From Perkinsus chesapeaki ATCC PRA-425 (taxonomy: Eukaryota > Protista > Perkinsozoa): a stretch of DNA of 44,867 nt. The notes beneath the pieces were generated by a model that searched no databases, had not been told where the DNA came from, and was given only the letters and a program-made list of their open reading frames with translations. Shown piece by piece: positions 35,440 through 44,867 of the stretch; the stretch's first letter is position 1, and the number at the start of each line of letters is the position of its first letter. The stretch is taken from positions 1 through 44,867 of the forward strand of contig JAAPAO010000267.1 of the NCBI GenBank assembly GCA_013115145.1, written 5' to 3'. Made by a program: the position numbers and the translations under genes.

Positions 35440-38400
35440 ATGCTGGGCGCCGTGCGAGGTTTGCTGCCAAGAGAAGCCCTTGTTGCGAGTGGTACGGGCC
35501 TTTGGAGGCTTGCGATGGTCCGGTTCGGCACCGCTGTTGCCTCCTCCTCCTTGGAGGTGCCGACCCACCATCATCCAGATATGTACCGAGATGATATGAT
35601 TATCAACCTGTATGCAATTCATAGACAAGAGATGCCTAATGTGATGGTCAGCGAGAGGTCTCAACTCAATCGTGGCCAGTAAGTGGTAGATGCCGTGAAC
35701 CGGCTTGGATCACACTAGGAGGGCCTTCCGATAAAGATAGACGTTCCAGATCTTTTCGTCGCTTCTACCCCGCAAGCGAATTGACTAACAATAATCATAC
35801 TACTGATCTCGCTGCAATACGTCATTTCCAATGGTTCCCAAGTACCAAGTATCCAATACCTCCTGCAGTGCATTTTGTCTCTCACAAGGGGAATAATTGC
35901 AGCACATCTTTCATGGTTAGTCTGTTGCAGCAGATTGCTCGGTTGCGGCGGTCTGGCGTGTGTACATTGAAAGATAGAAGGTCCTTCTCACTCGCTTTTG
36001 AGATAGTGTCGTTCCTTTGCTGGGCCAGTCGCCCTTTTCGAAGTTGCCAGGCACGGAATGTCGGACCTGTTTACAAATATGCTGTTAGGATCCCATCGAT
36101 TGTTAATCCTTTGGTCGCCATCAGATTCCACACGACCATTTCGTGGACATTTGGTAACACTTTGGAGACACTGACAGCTGACGGCGTCGATCGCAGCAAA
36201 AAAGGATCGAAAAAAGATGCTGTTAGAAAGCTCATGAGAACCCTTCCTCGGCATGATAAAAGCCTCGGAGTTATGTGGCGACAGATGTCCGGTACACTGG
36301 CCCGGCTCCTAGGGGTAGCTCAGCCGTAGCAATTCGCGCGGTTAAGACAGAGTCGTTGGCAGGTAAAGCAGACGATGAGTCATAACGCTGATCCACGAAC
36401 TGGTCTGGCCACTTGCTTCATAGAGTGGAAGGACGCGGAGGAGCCGTCAAAGTCGTGGATCGGTCGCGGTAGGCAGGGCTGGGCCTGGATTAGTCTACTG
36501 CGTTGGGTTGCAGGTAGCGGAGGCACGAAGGACGAGGCCGAAGTTAACGCTCTTCGTGATGTCTATATATCGGCTGCACCTTACAGAGAGGAAGCAGCTG
36601 TTGCTCAGGTCCAGCGGAGGCATGAAATGCAAAAGGTGAGGTTGGGATCTGTGGAGCTGCAGGAAACTGTCACAGTTGATACCGTCACTGACAGTATCTT
36701 CCAACTTAGAGTATCTAAATCAGCCTTCGATGCCTTGGTCTATTACGTTCACTGCACATGTTTGCTCAGGCCGAGGCAGCTCGAATGGCTTCCGACCTCG
36801 AGGCGGCAGCGTCGATTGGTACGGCCAGTATGCTATCACAGAAGCAAGCTGCCGAGATTATGGTTGCTCACAACTATATGGTGAGAAGGCCTTCTTCCAC
36901 CAGCTCGATCACAATCAATGGTATGCAGACCCAAAGGCTGTTCCACAACCCTTCAGTGAAGCTCCGGTCGAACCTCGTTGTAGTGCCGCATGAGCTCGGC
37001 TACTTGGCGACCTGTGAGTGGAGTTGGTACTCCCGCGAAGATGACCCTGGAAATCCCCGGAAGAGTAGTTCTTCGCGCTGTCCCTTATCCACGCCTGCTA
37101 TCGCACAGTGGTTCTTTTCAGAATCTGCCACCACTAACGGCATCGCCGCCAACCAAAGAGTAGCCAAGGCCGAGGCATGTACCGTCCACTCTCTCCCGGA
37201 ATCCTGGAATACGGCGTTCTTCAGGCCGGCTGATGTTGGAGAAGTACGGCGCTTTGCAGCCGATATCGGCAGAGCAGTGGAGGCTCGCTGACACTATCAA
37301 TGGCCTAGTTGTGTCTTGCAATATTGACCAAGCGGTTCAGAAGGCCGTGGAAGCGATACGCGATACTCCGGTACGATTCACTCTGCATCGGATGGTGACA
37401 GCCTACAAATCCTGGACGTGAAAGCAGCTTTCGGAATGCTCGAGAGCTGAACCCGCTATCCACTATATCCGAGGAGTATCTTTCGAGAACGTCTCTCAAT
37501 TAGCGCAGACATGATGCTCAAGCGTGCTTAATTAGATAAGCGTATAATATGAGGATCTTTTGGAAGACCTTTCATCTGGAAAGCGCTTTATTCAGACCCA
37601 TGTATGGACGTTGTTCCTCCTTAATGTGTGGAGAGCATTGCTGGCTAATGGAGACAGTGCTATGGTGGAGAATCTCCTCTTAGAGTTGGACAGCAGTGAG
37701 CCTAGCTCCGGCGCGATACTGTGTTGCTAGTTCCCTTGTCAGGAACGCGGACTGCTGGTGTCCCAGTGTACCTTTGGGAAGCCATGGTCGACGAGTGCTC
37801 TAATCTCACAGGTCAGCAGTCATCACAGCATGATCGCTTTGTTGAGCCACACGCCCTGGATTGGCCCGCACCGTTTCACATTGGTTGTCAGATTTCGTCT
37901 ACAGCACTGCAGTACTGCAGAGGTTTCTCAAGTCGGCCAAATGTGAAGTGTGGAACGAACATAGTAAAATCCACAAAGCCAGTTGTTCTTCACCAGTGGC
38001 GCATTTCCGCAGGCTTGACCTGGGCGAAGTGGCGCGGCCTGCTCGCATCCGAGCGAATCGGTGTAATCAGGCGCGCTCTAACGGAAAGACAGGAGTTGGG
38101 CATACGGCCCGTGAAGGCGACAATGAAGAGCTGCGTTCTACCGTGAGCTACCAAAGTCCTTTCAAAGCTTCACCAATGCTTGTAGGATTGTTCAAATCGA
38201 TCTTGCGACCGATCTCGCCGCTGAACACGACATGGGCACGGACTCCATGGCCGTGCTATTCCCGGCCGATGGAGAATTCCGGTTGGATTCGTCCAGCGAG
38301 TCCGTAGCTGTAGCCCTTCTCCGCTAGGCGACCTGGTTGTAGCTTGTTTTAGGTGCTGGGCGTTGTGACGAGCTCCAAGAAGGATATAGAGACTGGTATG

Positions 38401-40769
38401 ACCACAGTGACTCTGAAGTTGGCGAGTAAAGTAAGTACGGCGGTTGGTGTGGGAGATTTAGTGTGATGTGTTAGGAGGCAGAGTATGATGCTCGTTTGGG
38501 GGGAAATAATCTGATGGGCAGCGAAGAGATTAATTGCCTCTTCCTGGACGATACAAATGTTACGTAAGGCAGGGTGATCAGAGAAGTTCTACTGTAAAAC
38601 GCACTAGGTGCTTGAGTTGTTTGTAGTAGCATGGCTCCGCTAGCTCAGTAGGCAGAGCGTGTGGCTGTTAACCACAAGGTCGGTGGTTCGAACCCATCGT
38701 GGAGCGTTTTTTCATTTCTTGTCCTGGGGTTCCATATCAACTTGATAGCTAGTTAAACTCTGCTCGGTATCAATCATTCTTCGTATCTTATACCCTCAAT
38801 ACACTGATTACACAGTTTGCGTAACTCACGCCAATCACTGCCTCCACAATGTCTCAAATCTTACCCAACTCTTACACGTTTTCTCAGTTACGCTCGTATG
38901 TGCGATGCCCTCCGTGCTCTCTATGATACACCGAAATGTGACGATGCTATGTTTGTCAACACAGGGGTTGGTATAGCCCAGGGGACCGAGCCAGGAAGGC
39001 AACCGTGCGTTCATGCGTGCAACCTCTGGATACCTTAATTCCGAATATAGTTACTACTTCGATCCTGCCATGAAGGCAGCCTTGTTGGGTAGTGGAGCTG
39101 TAGAACCCCAGAGCTTAGATGACGGCCCTACCGACCTGGGAATGCCATTGACGGATGCCCAGCTGACGGCGGTAGGTACAGTTAGTACTACACGAGGCTC
39201 AGGGTGAGCGTTTCAGATACGTGGTGCGTGGAATACCCCCGTAACGCTGATCCAGGGCCCACCAGGCACGGGAAAGACATACACTGCGGTGGCTCTTGTG
39301 AAGCATTGGGTCGCTAATAAGATTAAAGCTAATGGTGAGCTTGTTGGGGACTGGTTTTGATAGGATGTTATCTGATAGGGGAGGGGAAAATACTGGTAGT
39401 GGCGGACTCCAACGCGGCTGCCGACAACATTCGGGCGTTGATGGTGAAAGCTGGCATCGAGTGCTACAGAGTTGGCCGTGCCCAAGAGACCGATGGTGGA
39501 ACGCGAGAAGTAGGGGATGACGTTCTGAGGAAGCTTGAAGGTACCAGCTGAATCATGATTCTGCTATTAATGACCGAGCAGGCACTCGTGCTGTACGAGA
39601 CTATAGAAGAGCGTTGATCTTGGGAGATGTGCACAAGCTCCCCTATTTCAGGCAGAGGATCGATAAGGCAGCAGTTGAAGAGTGAGGCGTACCTCTTCAT
39701 GCAACGATGATGTCTTATAGGTATCAAGTCCTTGTTGCCACCTGCATCGGAAGCGGCCACCAGCTCCTGGACTCTGTTGACTTTGAGTCTGTAGTTATTG
39801 ATGAATGTACTCAAGCAACGGAGCCTGCCAGCCTAGTACCACTAGCAAGAGGAGCTAAACGTTGCGTGCTATTAGGTCAGCGTCTTCCACGGTCGCGCTT
39901 TTTCTATGCAGCGGCCTGCTTGTTACCGGTGTTAAATTTGTTCAGGTGATCACAAGCAGCTTCCTGCTGCGGTTCATTGCAATGCAGCTAAGAGTGGAGG
40001 GCTGGGCATCAGCCTGTTCGAGCGCCTGGCTACACGAGGAACAGAAGTTCATCTCTTGGACGTCCAACGCAGAATGCATCCAAGCATTGCTGAGTTTTCA
40101 AACAAGCATTTCTACGAGAACAAAATCAAGCACGAGGTGTCCGATCGGCCATTGATTCCAGGCTTACACTGGCCCAATCCGGAGATAAGAGTCGCGCTCG
40201 TTGATACGTCTGAGCTGAGTGCTGAGGAAACCAAAGTGGGCACCAGCTTGATGAACAGGGAAGAAGCTCGCTTGCTGCTTGATGCCTTACACAGTGCGGT
40301 ATCGCATGGGACCATGCCGCATCACATCGGTCTAGTCGTGCCCTACAATGCTCAGAAATCCTATGTGTTATCGGCTCTCCGAGATGATGCCCGCTTTACC
40401 CCCGAACAACGGGCAGCTGTTCAGATCAACACAGTAGATGGGTTCCAGGGTCACGAGAAAGAGCTCATATTCTTCAGCGCTGTACGGTCCAATGAAGCTG
40501 GTCAGGTTGGATTCACTGCTGACCCTCGACGTATGAATGTGATGCTCACTCGAGCTCGCCGCGGACTTGTGGTCTTCTGTGATGTTAACACAATGACCGC
40601 TAGTGGTGGTCATTGGGCTAATTGGGTCGACTGGGTACAGCAAAAGGGAGGCCTGGTTAGCGCCTCCGATTGGAAGTTCAACACCGAAGCTCTGAAGAAC
40701 AGCAGAGACCAATCCACTACGACTTCGCTGAACCGGGAATCGCCCCCTCGCCCGCCGCCGCCCCACTAG
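35440..40769 (+). CDS. UPF1-like superfamily-1 helicase with three N-terminal dsRBD-like repeats (fusion inferred)
   Basis: Helicase: TYARMCDAL, LTDAQLTA, IQGPPGTGKT (GPPGTGKT 39256-39279), DSNAAADN, VIDECTQATEP, GDHKQLP, SLFERL, QRRMHPSI, TVDGFQGHEKE, NVMLTRARR. dsRBD-like segments at ~36035-36250, ~36330-36575 and ~36950-37250. Helicase call is firm; single-gene continuity is moderate. Confidence 0.8.
38634..38706 (+). tRNA. tRNA-Asn (GTT), 73 nt, intronless
   Basis: Acceptor GCTCCGC/GTGGAGC; D arm GCTC..GAGC; anticodon arm TGTGG-CTGTTAA-CCACA; T arm GGTGG-TTCGAAC-CCATC; boxes A and B intact. Confidence 0.97.
38707..38712 (+). terminator. RNA polymerase III oligo-T terminator
   Basis: TTTTTT directly after the tRNA discriminator base. 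Confidence 0.85.
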
Positions 40770-40942
40770 AGCGAATGAGATCAAGTGCAAGGTGCATTAT
40801 TATTCAGTGACTGATCTTCCACATTCACACACGTTTCTGCACGTATGTTTCTGTACGGACATGTTGAATCAGTTGTGTTAAAAGAACATAGTCTCCGACT
40901 ACTTTTACAGTAGCCTTGAAGAATCCGAAAAGTGATTAGAAA

Positions 40943-42981
40943 ATGTCGGTATGCGTCGCTCTCAAGCCACGGATGACTGCTGGCTTGCTTGCGTGCTTTA
41001 AGGGTGTACTCCGCACACGAGGTCTCGAATGCGTTCACCAGCAACCCCCTAAATCGGAAGTGTCGTTCCTTATCCTCAAGTTGGTCCGTCCAATACGAGG
41101 GGACACTTTTGGAACGATAAGCATCCAGGCCACCACAGCCTACTTGTATTCTGTAACCGCCGATGAGATACCCGAGTTACAAGATAGAGTTAAGGCGACA
41201 ATAACAAAATACACCCGAATCCCGCAAGGAACAAAATTCGGGCGGGACAGGACCGAGACCATGCTGCACAAGATGCCCCTCATCCGCGTTCTTCAACGCT
41301 ATAATATTGTTGGTGACGTCTTCCCGTTGCACACAGAAAGCCGCAATGCTGGTCTATTTGAAGACTATCGTGATCTCAATATGTGAGTCATCTATAGGGT
41401 GTGTTTTTGAACGTCTTTCCTTTAGGTATTACGGTGATTCGATTGGCTACTATTTTGGTTTTCTGTCAGTCTATACAAGGTGGTTATCAGTACTAGCGTT
41501 AGTAGGCCTCATCATTGCCTTTACTAACCATCTACAAATGGACAGCAAGTGGATAATCATGAGCATCTTGACGACTCTGTGGGGCTTGTTGCTCATGGAC
41601 GTAGGATGGGTCACCAGAAAGTAAGTCTGACCCATATGAAGCCCCTGTTGTTGAGTTCTATTCTGCTTTTCAGGGCATCGCTCAAACGCCAATGGGATGC
41701 GCCGCGTTCTTCCCTTAAACATATCCGGTCTCAAGCCATGGACGACATACTCGACGACGTTGCAACACAGAGCCTTTACGTCGACAACTCGGTCTCATCA
41801 ACTCATTTTGGACTTGTCTTACGGAGACTACTTAGCGCGGTAGGCCATACGGGGCTGTCTTAGAATGGTATTGCATCTTCTAGTCCACGTGGTGCTTGCG
41901 CCAAAGGATGATGACCTCCGATAATTCCTTTCAGGTTCTACTTGCCCTTTCGCTACTAGCTTCATGTGCATTATTAATGTGGACACTCCACATCGAACGA
42001 ACCTACTCGGTTGATCCTATGATAGTATCCGTCATCTATTCTGTGGTGCGGGTATTCCTCTCCTCGGCCTTCAAGTCTTTTGCTAACTGGCTCACAAAGA
42101 TTGAGCATCACATTGATGACGAGAATTTTATGATTTCCGAAGCATCCAAGGAAATAATATTCGAAGTCTTTAATGTCTTCGTGCCTCCCATTTGGATGGC
42201 TTTTGTTATTCTTGATTTCGAACGCCTTCGTAGAGAAGTAACAGTCATGTTCACGACACGGCAAGTGGTATCAGCTTTGACCGAAGCAGTCCCAACTCTA
42301 CTAGCAAGATTACTAACTAAGAGGAAACACTTGGCGCCGCTCACAGCCGCCGCCCAGCAAGCACTGCCTGAATGGGAGCTCTGGCGTGAGTACCTCGAGA
42401 TGGCGATCCAGCTTGCTCAACTGGTAGCATTCGGTCCCCTTTTCCCGCTCGCCTTCATTCTCGCTTACGTTAACGATTTGGTAGAGTTCCGGCTCGATGC
42501 TATCAAGTTAAATTCAAGCCGACGACCATATCCTCGAAATGAAGCGATGAGCTCCTTCTGGACAAACGTATTCAACAGTATGGTGCTGTTCGGTGCGTCT
42601 ATCAACGTTTTCCTCCTTATTGTTCATTGCCAAACTTTGGCATCATTGGACGAGTCGATGGTTAACCGTCTCGGCGTTGGTATTATCTTGGAGAAGTTCT
42701 TCGTCGTTGTTCGTGTATTCGTGGCTATTGCAATTCCCAAGGCGAACGAATGGCAGGAGGACGCCAGGATGCCTCTGGCCGAATCCACCGAGTTGGCAGA
42801 GATTGTTGCACGCGCATCAGCTCATTTGGAACTGCCTTTCCCTGATGTGGACCAGAAGGATGCGACACTTATCGAAATGATAGATACTGATATTGAAGCT
42901 TTGATTTCCCGAATGGCTATTCTACGGAACCGTAAGAGCGTTCAAGTGAAGCCAGACCAAGACGAATGCAAAGAAGAGTGA
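40943..42981 (+). CDS. Anoctamin/TMEM16 family channel or scramblase (start uncertain)
   Basis: VFPLH; YYGDSIGYYFGFL..YTRWL; EYLEMAIQLAQLVAFGPLFPLAFILAYVNDLVEFRLDAIKL..SRRPYP; multiple TM helices. Confidence 0.9.
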
Positions 42982-43506
42982 TTTCGGTATCTCATCCGTT
43001 ATCTGGTATTGTAGCTTTTACGTATCATTATTGATTTATATCGTTGTACGTGTCAAGTAGCAATGGCTCATTGATGTGTAGCGTTACCAGTCCTCAATTA
43101 GCCCCACATTATGGACCTCATCATTGCCTGAGAGCCGGCCTATTATCTGTGATTGTCTTCAGAAGTTCAGAGAAGCGAGAAGCTCTAGATTGGTTTGGGG
43201 CTGCAGTCGAATAAATACACATATTGACTCGAACTCTTACTGATCCGGCTGCGGAGAGCCAGCTTGATAAACCGTGCTTCTCTAGAGAAGTGTTGGGCTA
43301 AGAAAAAAACCAAACACTGCTTGCAACCGATGATTAACGAACACTACAATGTGGCTGTATTTACAGATTTAAGGTGGACAGCGATGCTGCGAGAGTTGAC
43401 CTAATGCTTGAGGTTACGACAGAACAGACAATAAAATAATTTTGGTCGAAAAAGTGTAACAGATTAAACTCGACTGACTGGTGCGATTGGATGGCTGCAT
43501 AAATGA

Positions 43507-43902
43507 CTATCTCTCTATCGCCTGATAAGTGAGGGTTTCTTCACCCTGATAGAAGGTCAGATATCTCTTGTCTAATGTTAGCCTCGGCTCAAGAGCTCGA
43601 TTATCAAGAACCCCTCTCGCGTATTTAACCAACTCATCACATTCACTCCCAGTGATCTGGACCTGGATAAACGTTCTCGTTGGTTTGGTGGTATACCCGC
43701 ACTTGTAGCGCCGCCTTACACCACCGGCATCTGTCCTCGCCAGTTCGACAGTGCCATCAACTTGAAAGAATATGTTGTCGTTTATGTAGTAGTCTCCCCT
43801 CGCCCGTGGAAAAAATGAAGCACGGAAAGGAGCTGCTCTAGCCTGCAAGGAGAAGAGTACCATGGCAACGGCATGTAGGAAGAGCTGAATCACGCTGGCC
43901 AT
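43507..43902 (-). CDS. Small intronless putative secreted protein (131 aa)
   Basis: ATG at 43902; signal-like MASVIQLFLHAVAMVLFSLQARA-AP; two Cys; no domain recognised. Confidence 0.65.
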   Translation of the reverse strand: MASVIQLFLHAVAMVLFSLQARAAPFRASFFPRARGDYYINDNIFFQVDGTVELARTDAGGVRRRYKCGYTTKPTRTFIQVQITGSECDELVKYARGVLDNRALEPRLTLDKRYLTFYQGEETLTYQAIER

Positions 43903-44152
43903 TGGGATTCAACTGAGGATACTGGCATATGAACGAACTTCAGAAGCGTGAAGAAGTAGCATGGCTATGATTTGTGGGCGGAGCTGCATGAGGCTGGCCA
44001 TAGGATTCAACTTGAGCGCTGATTGGATGAGACGTATAGCGTTCGAGAGTTGTTGTTGTTGTAAACGAAATCTCGCCGTGACGCCAACATAGGCGTATTA
44101 CGGCAGAAATAGAAAAGGCTACCATCATATACCCATCATTAGAGATGGGCAC

Positions 44153-44221
44153 AATTACGTTACGGTACCGTACCGTACAAAGTACGGTAATACGGCGCGC
44201 TCACGCAACCGTAACGTAATT
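44153..44221. repeat. Perfect 14-bp inverted repeat enclosing an 8-bp hairpin
   Basis: aattacgttacggt (44153-44166) pairs with accgtaacgtaatt (44208-44221); the spacer contains taccgtac-aaa-gtacggta. Confidence 0.85.
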
Positions 44222-44435
44222 TCGACGTAATGCGGGTACGGGCGCGCGACACTTGGATCTAAAGATTGGCATCGCCAGACGCTGTCACTAAAATTCCATG
44301 GAAATGTCACTAAATGGAAGTAGGTAACCAGACCCTGTCACTAGATTTAGCGCGCGCCCGGAAATCTGTTACTGAGCAATCGCATTGATGTAATGCTCGT
44401 TATGCCCTAGGAGTCATAGCAGCTTTCATTGCGTA

Positions 44436-44852
44436 ATGACACCCCCGGAGCCAAGTCCCCGCAGATACGTCCCACTCAGAAAAATGTCATGGCTAACCAT
44501 AGAAGAGAAACGGGCTTTCCGCTACGAGCGCCGAGATGGGAGCGCGTTACCACCCAGAGAGTGGTACCAGAAACGGATAGCCGGCGACTTAAAGCGGAGG
44601 CAAGGAAATTCCGTAACCTGTCGTAGCTCAGTGATGAGTCACTTCAGGTTCGACAGAGACCCCACCTCCTTAAGCGAGAAGGCTCGGGCCCGTTTGCGGG
44701 ACCTTTGGCCAAAGCATTTCCGAACGTTACCTTTGCCTGACATCCTTCGCCGCGCCGGTTCGTCTCCAGTGCACTCCCCTGTACAAAGCCCACGGCATTC
44801 TGGACCTAAGCAGAGGCTGATCACCGATTTTTTTTGCAAGCCACAAAAGTAG
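44436..44852 (+). CDS. Small basic protein with C-terminal PIP-box
   Basis: 138-codon ATG ORF ending SPVHSPVQSPRHSGPKQRLITDFFCKPQK*; QRLITDFF fits Qxx[ILM]xxFF. Confidence 0.55.
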   Translation: MTPPEPSPRRYVPLRKMSWLTIEEKRAFRYERRDGSALPPREWYQKRIAGDLKRRQGNSVTCRSSVMSHFRFDRDPTSLSEKARARLRDLWPKHFRTLPLPDILRRAGSSPVHSPVQSPRHSGPKQRLITDFFCKPQK

Positions 44853-44867
44853 TGATTGCCAATGGAT

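Noticed and set aside
36085-36125. GA-AG intron within the first dsRBD-like repeat
   Set aside because: The segment is in frame either way, so a non-canonical donor cannot be supported without cDNA.

Overview
Gene-dense eukaryotic DNA with many short (~40-60 nt) GT-AG introns, which the ORF track fragments or misses. Gene style and content suggest an alveolate, most likely Perkinsus-like (inference, not verified). Manual exon joining gives, left to right: a ZZ zinc-finger protein, U2AF35, an intronless secreted protein, an unknown gene, Tctex-type dynein light chain, a coiled-coil/low-complexity exon chain, two tandem paralogous 6TM K+ channels with C-terminal EF-hands and charge-depleted S4, SmF, Vps32/Snf7, a DEAD-box helicase, a DUF1336/EDR2-C protein, CWF19L2, a long gene joining three dsRBD-like repeats to a UPF1-like SF1 helicase (tRNA-Asn-GTT lies inside one of its introns), an anoctamin, a second small secreted protein and a small PIP-box ORF beside a nested inverted repeat. 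Genes form two ~18-19 kb single-strand blocks diverging at ~22.7-23.7 kb. No CRISPR array or recognisable transposase was seen. All exon structures are hand-inferred; no database searches were run.
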